Origin: Trichinella spiralis
Lineage: Eukaryota
NCBI RefSeq assembly: GCF_000181795.1
Contig: NW_003526944.1
Span: 1,766,585 to 1,830,584, forward strand
Direction of reading: 5' to 3'
Length of the DNA: 64,000 nt
Shown: piece after piece, positions 11,900-24,300 of the stretch
How the letters are laid out: every line of letters begins with the position of its first letter
How positions within the stretch are numbered: the stretch's first letter is position 1
Made by a program: the position numbers and the translations under genes
Notes under the pieces: generated by a model
What the model saw: the letters and a program-made list of their open reading frames with translations, nothing else
Database searches by the model: none
What the model was told of the DNA's origin: nothing

Positions 11900-14800
11900 G
11901 AAAATGATTGCCGTGATGAGCAAGCGTTCACTATTCCGTAGTATAATTTTCAAGTTTACAAATTTGCCTGTACACTTCCCAAATAAGTGGAAAATCACAC
12001 ACTCATTCACATGGAAGAGATAGAGAGGAAAGGACTAGACACATCGAAAACCGTTGCTTAAATCGGTTGATTCTGATTGTCAAACTGTAAGCTAAATCTG
12101 ATGAATAGAATGACTTGAGTTGAGAACGTGCCAAAAGTCAAAACTGCCGCATTTGATGACAGTTTTCGACGGTAAATTTGAACAACAGTCGGGTGTGTAA
12201 AAACGCCCCCTTGATGAAATGCATCCAAAAATGGAAAGTTCAGATTCTTGACCCGAATTTTGAACAAGCAGCACCTTGCCCACCGTCCATACTTCTTCTT
12301 CTTCTTCTTCCTCCAGCCTCTCCCCCAAAAATGCCCGGTTGTTCACCAAATTTCAAACTTACTGACAACCACCATGAGGATCCACACCCACACTCACACA
12401 GCATTTGTTCAATTTTCTAATAACACTGAACAATTATAAATTTCGATTCTACGTTGTGATAAAATTATAGAAACAAGCATCATCTAGTCTCTCCTTTGAT
12501 GAATAAAGTACATTTTACAATGAAAACAAAAAAAACACCCAATCTTGTCATCATCATCTTATCAGTATCTAAAAATTGCAACAAAATGCCTTTTTTTTTC
12601 TTCAAAATTTCATTTGTCATTCATTCTTTCATTCATCATCATTTTTCAAAATATAAAATATAAAGTAAATTTCTCATCAAATATTATTTGAAAAACAGAA
12701 CCAACAACAAGCAACAAATATTGCTTTTACATATACACATTTGGAAGCAAACCTACTACCACAATTCTCTCATGATAATCATCATCAATCAATTAAAGTA
12801 TCTATGAATTACAAATTTTCAAGACATTCCTCTGACAAGAATTTGCACACAACAACTACTACTACTACTGTACAAGTAATAACAAAAAGTTGAATATAAT
12901 AAAATCCATTTCCAAGCGCATGATCCGAGGTTCCAAATTTCTTAAAAAGCGCAATTCTGCAATGCATTTTTTTTGCAACTTTGCATACAGTCCCAAGCAT
13001 GAATGATCATTACCAGTGAAACAAATTTAGATTTTTTCAAGCTTGTCAAGCTTTCAATATTTTGCAATGAAAATCATCATTCTGTTTTTAACAGAGCATG
13101 TAATGGAAAAATTTTCAACACCATAATTGGACTGCCCAGTGTAGCGTGATCGACCAACCTAAATAGGGAAAGTTGGTGTTCGACGATTCTGCTAGTGATG
13201 TGATGATGAGTGACAAACTTAAATCCTTCTCAAAGTAAAAAAAAAGATACCCCTTATTTTTCTGGCAATTTTTTCGTTCTAAAAATTGAGAAAAACAGAA
13301 AAATGCTAATTCATATACAAAGTTTTGACGAATGGATGGATGTGAATTTTAAAAAATGATAAATTTTCCATAAAATATACACTTTCCATAACTGAGACAA
13401 ACTACTAATTGTTCACGATAAATTTCCAAGCATAAGAGAGAAGAAGCATCACTTTCTCTCTCTCTCACTCTTCAGGTCCTATTTTATGATCAATTAAAAA
13501 AATAATATAAAATTTCAATTGAGATGAATTGCAATTATGGGTGTATCTAAAAAGGATATGAAATGATGAGATGAACGCAACGGGATGAAATTTATGTTCT
13601 GACATGACTGGTCCCCATTCAGAGCAGCCTTCCACAGCCGCCGACAGCTACTGGGAGTGGCTTTGCTGTCGGCATTGTTTGACAACTGTGTACAACGAGG
13701 CCGTATTCATTTATAAAAATCAGTCCTTGAAACCAACCATCTGCATGCGATCAACTTTGGACAACGCCACTGCAGCACCACTGCGGTGCACTGTTCGTTG
13801 CTTGCTTCATTCATCTTAGCGGCCATACAGTCGAACAAGGCCTGGCCTGCAGTGAATGAGAGGAGCAGCTCCCCCTGGCACCTTGTAGTCTCTCTCTCTC
13901 TCTCTCTAGGACCAGTCCTTGTAAAAGCAAACTTCTCTCGCTATTCATCCGCAGCGCTTTCTTCTTCATCTTCAAGTCTGAATCAATTCCCATTTCACTT
14001 TCTTCATTCTCGTCTCCAATCCAGGCGGAGCGCATCCAATGCGCACTCGTCAACCAGTGCAGCTTATCAAAACGCTGATCAGTCTGTTAGTGACACAGGT
14101 AGTATATAAATCTATGCATTGTATATATATATATTCACATATGTATGTATATATTGTAAGAATATCCTTATGCTCATATTTCTTTCCAATCACTTCAGCC
14201 AACATGCTAACACGCACAGATAGATGACACTAATGTATGCGCATAGGTATATTATGGACATTCGATTTTTTCGTAAAATGGCATATCCTTTTTCACTTCG
14301 CAGAATACTTATATAGCAAATATTATAAATATTTGCTTTAAATATTGCTACAAATGTTAACCTTGGACAAACCCATAAAAATCATGTATGATAACAAAAT
14401 TATGATATGCATTTGGTAGATTTATTGCTCAAAGTTTGTAAAATTTATTTCAAAAATGCCCAGTTTTACAATATTCGGATTTCAAACCACTTAATGTGCG
14501 TGACAAACAAAGAATTCTAAAAGCTTCTCATAAATTAATCCACCATAAATAATAATTATCTATTCAATTAAGTGGATGATGCATTTGAACTTAATTTTTT
14601 GTTTTTGTCACTTTCGAAATGCTGCTAATTAAAAAAAATTGTCAAAAAATGAAGTTTTCTAATTGCCGTGAACAATTTAATCAAATATAATAGTTTGAGT
14701 TGAGTTTATTAAAAATCATATTTCAAAAAGCAAGAAATTAATTTCAGTGGATTTCAGATAAGACGTTGATTTTTAAAGTGGATAAATGCAGAAAACAATT

Positions 14801-15164
14801 TTTTATTGGAAATTAAGTAGCCCCGACAATTTTTGCAGTGCTTCTTTTGTTTGCTTTTTTAAGAAGAAAAATAATGAAAGTTCTTTATGTAAAATAATTC
14901 CTTCCTATGATAGATAATATTCAGGAAATTTGTGCAGCTTGGATATTGAATAACTTGCAACATTTTCAAGCTAGAGATTGAAATTGTTGGTGAATTATTA
15001 TACTTTCAAATAGATACTACATATACTAACATATAAGATTGTCAAAATTTTCAAAGAAAAAAGTTTTTATCAAATCAAATCAAATCAAATCAAATGAATG
15101 CAATTTACACCTGTGTTTGCCTTTTCAAATTTCAACAATTACCTCTCCTTTTCCAAGAAAAAAC

Positions 15165-15174
15165 NNNNNNNNNN
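15165..15174. other. Assembly gap (10 N) separating the duplicated small contigs from the main contig
   Basis: Run of N. Similarity to copy 2 stops exactly here. Confidence 1.
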
Positions 15175-15570
15175 ACTGTGCGATTACTGCGAAAAATTAG
15201 CTAGATAAAAAGTTTAATTTACCTAATGTTTCTAACGATGCGGAATTAACGTGAAAAATAATATAATGCAATAGTAAAGTTAAATAACTTTCTCTATGAA
15301 AAACACTATTTCGGATAATAGTAAGCCCTGATCGCTTAGAGATATTCAATCTGTTCTGTTCACAATGAAATTCAATGCAAAACGCAAGTGCAAATTGAAA
15401 AAATGGACATTTTCTACAGTTATGTCTAGACGCCGGAGTTTAATAACAATAAGTTGAAAATTCATTTTTTGACACAACTCACGTTTGAACTACATATACA
15501 TAATTGGGAATTTTGTTTTTTTTTTAATTTTTGTTACAATTCAAATGTAATGCTTAAATAAATTGCTCAG

Positions 15571-16619
15571 ATATACTATCGTTCATGCAAAACACGAGGA
15601 AAGTATGTTTTATCATTGAAATTTTTACCTGGATTCAGTTTGGTTCACTTGTACTTTTGCTACGCCGCACTATTGTTCATACAAAATTACTCAAATGAAA
15701 TTAACCACGGGTACAACATTTGCTTTTCTCTGATTGGTCTCTTACTTTGCAACTTTCTTATCGGTGATTTGGCAATCAATGTACTGTATATTACAGTATC
15801 TTTAATTTTAATTTAATGTTCATAATTATATTTTTACAATATGCTTGAACTTAAAGTAAAATTTTCTCCGTTCCATATTTCAGATGTTTGTTTTGGTATC
15901 TATGCTTTCGATTCTGTGTTTCTATAAGGTAAAAATGTCCATCCTGTTGCGAAAGAAATAAAAAAAGATATTTCTGTAATTATGATATTTACATAACCAA
16001 ACAATGAAATAATTATTTCATTGAATTATGAATAGAATGTCAACTAATCGGAGTGAGAAAAATAAAAAACAGTTAAAACATAATCACAACAGTCCATCAA
16101 CTGGTTGTGTGATTAGGGTAGGTAAATATTTCGATTATGCGCAATTAAAGCGACGACATTTTGGTTTCTGTGACAAGTGGCATAAAATCATATTCCTCAT
16201 TCGTTAATCATCATAATATGGAACGTTCAGAGTAACAAATTGTTTATGCTTACATACTTTGAATTGATATTTGATAACTCTGGGCAGCAGATTTCGATTT
16301 TCTTCATTGTGGCAGCATGTATTTGAAGCATTGATTTTTAAATGACCTGTATTTAAAAAGTGACTTTGTCGGTTTTGTAATGTACATGTATATGAATTTC
16401 ATTCTTTGGTATTTATTTTCTGCAATTGATTGCAAGTTTGCAACATCTGAAAGTGTAACGTAAAGAATTTGGTGGAAGAGAAAACAAATAATAAGCTGAA
16501 CCTTGTATATTAGGAAATTCATTCAAATATCATGTGAAAATCTGTTTCCAATGTCATTAAAGCACACCACAGCGTACCTTTCAGTTTCTAATAATAGACA
16601 GAGTGAAGGAGAAATCTGA
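15571..16619 (+). CDS. Possible fragment of a small-exon hydrophobic (membrane) protein gene
   Basis: Several short AG/GT-bounded open segments with hydrophobic translations, for example 15884-15928 (tatttcag|MFVLVSMLSILCFYK|gtaaaa) and 15639-15780 (LVHLYFCYAALLFIQ...LIGLLLCNFLIGDLAIN). I could not chain all of them in phase and do not recognise a family. Confidence 0.25.
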
Positions 16620-17594
16620 ATTTCTGCACCTGCTATAATTTCTGTACACTGATTTAATAAATGACTATGAAACAGAAAATTAGTATTTTACCCGCGTTTC
16701 ATGCTTTTCATATTTGAAGAAATACTCATCTCTTCTATTTATGTGGTAAATATTATTTTAAATTTGTAATTCCTATCTTCTTTCGTCGGTTGCTAAAACC
16801 ACGAACAAATTATTACATTTGAGAATTTGATTTTGCACATGCTTATCTTTTCATTCTTACTGTAATATTGTAGTTGTGATTCCAATTTGTCTGCTGGTGT
16901 CAATTTGCTTTGTGACTATGCAATAAAACGTTATGCACACTGCTTATTTCTCAGGCTATCAGAATTAGTTAACTGGATGTTAATTTGCATTTGTCAGATT
17001 AGTGTAGAGTTTACATTTAACAAAAGATGATAAAAGCTGAGGAATTTTTGAAATTATGAACAGTATTGTTGAACCGAAAGCAAACTTTGTTAGTTAATAC
17101 TTAACTGAAATTCCATTCCAACCCACCTTTCACCATTGAAAGCATGTGAATGACGTGACTGCACATGACACAGCTGGTGAATCGAAAATGCCCACAGAGA
17201 AGGTTATTTTTTTTTAAAGAATGAATAAAAAGTGCTCTCCACTTACCGACACGCGTATGGTGTTGTTTGTCGTCGGATTTCTCAGCAATGTTGTAAAAAA
17301 CACAACAGTATACTGTAATGTTGAATAGCGAAACGTAGTGTTTGCCACTGCACAGGCAGCAGCCATCTATCCTCATGCAGCCATATACATCAGTCAACTA
17401 CATGAAAAACTGAAAATGTATTTACTTCACTTTCAACAGTTCAATCGCAAACCGCAAAACAGAATATGTTCTAAAAAATGTTTTCACCTAAATGAGTTTG
17501 CAACTGAGTTTGATAAATTAAAATTATTTTGAAAATTCGCAGCTGTCATTATTTTGTATAAGCGGACAAAACTGCAATAGTAATCAATGATAAT

Positions 17595-20341
17595 TCAGGC
17601 ATCATTGTCTATAACCATCAGCAATTCAGCCGGCGCCGTGCAATAATCGCCAATTGTGCTCACTATAGAATTCGGGCCGTCCTCTTCGCTGTAAATTAGT
17701 TTTTTAGGATTTGTACTGTAAATGGCAAAATTGTCTGGACAATCCTTCTGTGTCAAAGCAAACTGTCGTAACATCTAAAAATTTTGAATTAAAAAATTAA
17801 TAAGAAAATAATATTGGCAACATTAAGCGGTAACTGACTAGAGAAGAGTCGGTTGAAAGAAAACTGCGCTGAACTCGAGTACCGGCCGGAAAGCGCAGTG
17901 CTATTCGGCGAAGAAGCGGATGTGAAGCTTCAGGTTCAGGAGGCATGTTTTCACGCCAGTACTGACGTTCCTTTTGCAGTTCCTCTTTTTTAATTTTGAT
18001 CGCTTCTTCAGCACGTTTCAATTCTTCCATTTCTTGTTTTTGGCGTTCTTCTTCTTCCATCTGACGTTTCTCATTTTCGCGGTCTATTCGAAGCGCTTCG
18101 TTGTAAGCTTCCTCCTGCTGCTGCCGCAACAGTTGATTCATAGCACTGTTCTCTCTGCAATGAATTTCAAAGCGGCCGTTGTTGGAATTAATCATCAGAA
18201 CCGTTTAATAAACCAAGAACTCAAACAAATAAATGCCCGCCGGAATACTACCGTAAGAAGTCTACTCTTATTGACAGCAAGTACCAATTCAAAATTCGAC
18301 AAACATCTCCGCAAACTTTGCTGAACACTGTAATAAACTTAGCAAAATTTAACAAAAACTTACAACTAAAATTTACTTCCACCCCATTTACAATTTAACG
18401 AATTTATTTTTAAAAAAATTAGCCACCGCATAAGTATTGAAAATTTAGCTTCAGACTTTGGAGAAAACAAATAAAAAAATTAACAAAACATTGAGATGCT
18501 AAAGTTAAATAAAAATATAGAAACTTTCGAGTGCTGCATAAATTGCCGATTTATCTTAGTGACAAAATCACAGCCATTTCTTATCGAAAAATTGAAAGAA
18601 AAACTCAAAAATTGTCTGTTGAATATATTTAAGAAAGAAAATCACTTGACTGCTCTTAAATTACAATAAAAAATGAACAACTGCAGAAAAAATGAAATAA
18701 TTACTGATCGGAATAATGTGGAAAAAGTTTAAACAACCGAAAAAAACAGACTGACCTTTCTTGTCTTGCCAATAGCATGTGAATATCATTTTCTTCCATT
18801 GTCTGCCGCAAGCGTGCTATTAGTTCAGGTGCACGTGAAAAGCCTTCCTGACGAAATACAATAGACATTCTACCATTTCTCAAGCAAATAAGTGCCAAAA
18901 ACGGATATGCAGAATCTCTCATCGCGTTCGACACTGAATAATAATAATAATCAGAACAACAAGATGAAATAATTAAGCATTTTTTTGAAATCTAAGAATT
19001 TATAAATGCAACCTACTAACCTCTCACGCCTTCAGAAGTGTTAGTGGAACACGCCCAAAAAAGTCCAGACGAATTAACCAAAGCAACAAATTCACTGTTG
19101 CAAAGCACATCACTGAAATGAAAATACAAACAAACAATTTTGCTTGTGGTGGTTTATTTTACAGCTTTTTGAAAAAACAAAAAATCATCCTCACCGACAA
19201 AACACATCCGAAAGTTCATGATAATTGCTATGCAAATATACAAACAAGTAGCGCAGTTCTCTTTTAGCATCATTCAAAGCCTGAAATGAACACCCAAACA
19301 CGCTCGAAGTGAAACAAACGTAGAAAAGAGTGATGAATATGGAATGGTTACATCTTTGTACGTGCCACGGTAAAATGTTGGATGATCGGTTCCGTAGTGG
19401 TCATCGAAAAATCGAACAAACTGCACCACTTCATTAACAGGATCGTCTATTCTTCGAAACGGTTGAATAAATATGCTATCTTGAAAATGATCATGAGCAG
19501 AGCGGTGATGAGATGAAGTGATAAAAATTAATAATAATTTGCAAATATGAAGAGATTTACTTACAAAATAGGCAACTGAATTCCCAGATAGTCAGTTGCA
19601 AAAATCGAAAAGGCAACAAAACCAACGAAAACACGCTGCTGAACCAACTCGACTGCTGGTTGGAACTGAAAATTTAGATGATTGCTCTTCTCCTTTTGAA
19701 ACAATTGAAAAGCGAAAAGCTACTTTTCTTCTACGGCAGTTGCAGACATGGAATTGGATTGTTCAATACTTTCGCCAACAAATTCTCTAATTCGATATTC
19801 TAAACCATCTTCTCGGTCATTCATGAAAGTGTGCACAGCCAACTGGAAGGTTACAAAAACGAAAACAAATGAAGAAAATTTACAAAATTATTTTCCACAC
19901 CCGCCAACACCCAAAAAACTAACCGTCAAATCCCAGGCGGAATTTTCCAAATAATTTCGAGCAACGTTCGGTTCAACTGCGCATATTTCCTGAAACAGCA
20001 TGCAACATTTTCAATGTCGTGTTGCGGTTGTTGTTTTCAAAATTCGCCTCTTCGCACAACGGCAAGTGTTTAAACAACAGGCAAACAGTTGTTAAACGAC
20101 ATACAAAATATTCAAATCATAACAACTCTTCTTGGTTGAATTAAACAGAAATTAGGTTAATCTAACAAAAGTTCCACCGCACAAAGTCGGTAAAATTGAC
20201 GGAAACGTTAACTGAACGAGTTGTAAAAACAATTTTTTAAATCAAAATTAACATCTCAAAAATATCAATAATAAGAAATTATATTTTTACCATAAAAAGA
20301 GAAATCATTTGCTCATTGTCCAAAAAATTATCATTGGCCAT
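17595..20341 (-). CDS. FAF2: FAS-associated factor 2 / UBXD8 ortholog (UBA - hydrophobic hairpin - UAS - coiled coil - UBX; p97/CDC-48 adaptor), about 438 aa
   Basis: Ten phase-compatible GT-AG exons: 20341-20291, 19989-19924, 19842-19724, 19665-19565, 19479-19352, 19280-19195, 19112-19021, 18933-18756, 18154-17839, 17774-17595. Motifs: LENSAWDLTLAV (UBA), LLPFRF (hairpin), HPTFYRGTYKDALNDAKRELRYLFVYLH and FWACSTNTSEG...YPFLA (UAS), LRQQQEEAYNEAL (coiled coil), RFPAGTRVQRSF (UBX). Confidence 0.95.
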
Positions 20342-21346
20342 AGGAAAACCTGCTCCAGGGGCGAAATTAATTCTATTTACAAACTTTATCCAGGAATTGG
20401 AATTACCGTTTACAGTAATGTGTAAAACGAATTTCAAGTTTTAATTATTTCAAACATCATGTTAAGTTCAAATTTGTATTTTATTTATTTATAATATTTA
20501 TAAAAAGTGCTAATTTTTGTTAAACTTAATTATTATTTAATTAAATATAAATAAATACTGTCCTTATTACAACAAATTACGTGTTGCTTATTTTTCAAAT
20601 TTATCATAAATTTTTTGTTTATTGAATATTTATTTTCATGGTGAAATAAATTGAATTAATATTAGTGATCATTTTATAAGGTTGTTCAGTAGATAAGAAA
20701 AGCATTAAACGCAGTTCAATTTCGGATTAGAATATCTAGTTAGTAGAATATTTATGAGTAAAAATAAAGTAGTACTGTTATCATTGTGCTGTTTGCTTCT
20801 TTCTATCAGTTAAAGTTTGCATAAATATCTATATTTACAGCATTGTGATGTTGGACAACAATGACTGGACGAATGCATGCTTGCAAGAGCTAAAAGAAAT
20901 GTGCATGCAGTGCGCACATGGACGGATTAGAAATTCATTTTTGAAATAGACGACATTGTTCTGGCTATTTTTCTGGTTTGTTTGTCCGATGGTGAAGTAC
21001 TTTTTCCATTAGAAGATGATCATCATGATCAGTGCGCGCTTAGGGTTCAGAACAACAATGATACACAAAACGCTGAAACAGCTTTCACTGAAATGCGCAT
21101 AATGCGAAACGCTTTTTTGCATTAAATAGGCGTGTGTATGTTTGTGCTTGTGTTTATGGGTGTGTGCGTGTGAAGTAGGCTGTGGAATAAGAAGAGAAAA
21201 CAAAATTCAAATAGAAGCCCCGTTTCAAAAAGCAAAACGATGAAGAAAATGAAAACCGAAAAAAAATAAAATTATTAAACTACATATTGTATTGAGAGAC
21301 AATTTTCTCATGGCGACGACAAAATGATCAAGAAGAAAGATGATGA

Positions 21347-24300
21347 TCACAGTTGATCCCGTCTTTGAGTAGAAGATACAAGCGGTTGGGTCATGGCATA
21401 GGAAGAAGTTAAAGGGTAATAACGCAGTGCGGCCGTCTCGTAGGCGCCCAGTGTTGTCGGCTCGTAAACGTTGAAGACCGGCGCCTGGGTTCCTGAAATC
21501 AACATCGACGGTAGGTAAAATAGATGAGGGTACGTCGCCATCTCGGCTTGGAGGAAAGGATGGTGCTGCCAGCCGGTCGGCAACGGGTTGCTGGTCGAAT
21601 AAAGCAACGATGTCCCGCCCGGGTAGGCGATTTTCTGCGATTGGGTCAGCGAGTAATAATTGTTGCTGGGGTTCGTCGAACGGTGGTGCAACTGCTTTGC
21701 CGTGTCGCCGAGGAAAACATCGCTGACCGTTTGCTTCAAAAATTTATTCTCAGCAATGGCTTTGTCAACAATGGACCGCGATTTGGTGCATCTGCATTCG
21801 TCGAGATTGTCATCAGTCGCCGGCGACTGACTGCCCAGGCCGCCAGTTGCCTGCAGCTCACCATTGCAGCGCTCAGTTTTGCGCCATTTTGCACGCCGAT
21901 TTTGGAACCATACCTGTGCAAAAAGCCGAACCGATAAAAAGCAACATATACCCATTAAAAAAAGAATCCCCCTGATTACCTGGACTTTTGATTCGCTTAA
22001 TTTTGTTCGCTGCGCTAAATCCTCCCTGAAAACAATTTTGGTCAACAATTAAACAATTTGCATTGCATGTCATTTTGGTTGAAAACATTTTTACCTTGCA
22101 AAAATGTCCGGATAATGAGTTCTTGAAAAGCACTTTTCCATTTCTTTCAGTTGGAAAGGTGTGAACAAAGTGCGCACTCGTTTTCGCTGCTTGCCAATCA
22201 TCGTCGGCTCAGATTTCACTTCTTGCATGGCTAAAAGAAGAACAAAATAGAAAAAACCAAAGCAGAAATCATATATTCACACTGATGAAATAGAATTCGA
22301 AACAAAATTACAAATTGGTAATATAATTTTAAACATTGGCAAAATTAGAGCTGTTTTCAACAATTACTCGATAAATATTTATCCAATGTGATGATTTATA
22401 TCACTAGCCGCTTCAGATGTTGCTCGAAAACGGTATGGTGATTAAAATTCACTTAATTAGTTGAGAAAAATCAATTCTACATAATTTGCTTAATTTCATA
22501 ATTGAGGGTCTGTGCTTTCATAAATGAATTATATCAATAAGTAATAGAGAAAACGGCCAAATCAAAAGCCGAATGAGAATCACAGAAAACCAAGCTTCAC
22601 GTGATTGATTGCTCACACCTAGATTATGCGGCTAAAATCAGCTAATTGAATTAACATCAAGAAAAAGTTTGCTTTATATGGCAATTTCACAAATTCCACG
22701 TGCACGTATGAAAATAAACCTATATTGAAAACTGTTTCTCAATAAACAGAAAAGAAAAAATCACGCCCACACTGCATAATAAATAATATATTAAAAACAA
22801 TAGTTTCAAATGCAAATTGAAGAAGCTGAACATAGAAAAGTTATACTATAATATAATAATTAGCTATGCATAATTTCATATTGTATTATAAATGGCAGTT
22901 GAAGGTAATAAGTATCAAATTGCTAAAGTTTGCTTGAATGACAAATCACATACAAATTTCCAATTTGCAACGGCTAATAAAGAAAATCTCTTAAACACGT
23001 GCAGATCGGCTTCTTTCTATCTTTCTTGGTCGTCGCTCGTTGTATTGGCTTTTGTTTGAATTCAATTAGCTTGAATTCACGCTTTTGCAATTGCAATTTA
23101 TTACACACGAAAACAAAGCTAACAACACTGCATTTTCAATTGCTCTGACAATTTTGAATTATTCAACAATAAATGACAAAAAAAGACGCTGATGATGATG
23201 ATGACGATAATGATAAAATGATAAAATTCTCACCTATCCAATGCAAAATGACATTGCACTGAAATGACATTTGCAGACAATTTTTTCAATAAAGAATAAA
23301 AAAATAAATAAATCATAACAACAACCTCATAATGAAAAATCAATAAAATCAACAATCAATTTGAGATGAACAAATTTATTTTTCATCTATATCTGCATTT
23401 AAATTAAATGTTATTTGGAAATTTTTTACGATGATAATTAAAATATTAGCATTATTAAACTTCCGCTTGAATTTCTTGGAAAATATTTTAATATGAAATT
23501 AACGGAATGGATTTTTTGTGATTAATTTTCAAATTTAAACAATTGAATAAATTGCACGTGAACAAAAATAAACACGCTCGCGCAAGTGATTCAAACATAA
23601 ATAAATAAACGCAATATTAAATTTCAAATTACAAAAGCATAAAAATTTAAATGATGCACCAATTTTATTACGTGCAAGTTTATTTCGTGTTCAAGCTTGT
23701 TGGAAAAAGCGGATCAATTCAACAACGATCATTTGAGTACACAAAACTGAATGAACAAGCTCATGAATTAAATTAAATCAAATCAAATTAAATCACCAAC
23801 ATCAATCAAAGCATAAACAGTGCGCACTTGCCATATGAGCAACAAGGAAAAAAACATATTTTTACCATCTTGCTTTGAGGAAAAAGATGCAATTTATACA
23901 TTGCAATTTTAATAATTAATACACTAAACAAATACACGCATGAAATTGAAATATACTTGATCAATATTTCATGCAGCTAAAAATGGTTTCAATTGAAACT
24001 GTCTTTGGAAAATTTCACTCTGTACACTGACTGATGATGATTATTCACAACTTGAATAAAGAGGAGAAAAAAATGCACAACATCCAACTTACATTGAAAT
24101 AAAAAAATTAAAAAAAATTTACTTTTCGAGTTTCAAAATTTCCAAAAATCTAAATGACGGCGTGAAAAAGTAAAACTAATTCAATGAAACTTTAACATTT
24201 CGCAAAATTAGCATAATTTTGTGCAGGCAAAACACAAGTATCAAAAATAGATACATTCCTTTCCCAAACAATACAAACAGCGAATGAAATTTTAACAAAA

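Larger units (their letters stand above)
130..15164. repeat. Copy 1 of an approximately 15-kb near-identical direct repeat (probable uncollapsed haplotype, split into three contigs)
   Basis: Colinear with about 19310-33620 in the same orientation, with the same genes and tRNA and scattered SNP and microsatellite differences. It contains N gaps at 5367-5376 and 11678-11899 and ends exactly at the N gap 15165-15174. Confidence 0.97.

Noticed and set aside
11622..12023. ORFs of 88-133 aa spanning the N run
   Set aside because: These are artefacts of translating N; copy 2 shows no such ORF.
13604..14227. Overlapping 62-107 aa ORFs
   Set aside because: There are no recognisable motifs, and a 4-nt (CT)n difference between the copies changes the frame of the ORFs that cross it.
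20341..21347. Homeobox and FAF2 as a nematode operon
   Set aside because: They are on the same strand about 1 kb apart, but I see no convincing trans-splice acceptor just before the FAF2 ATG. Spacing alone is insufficient.
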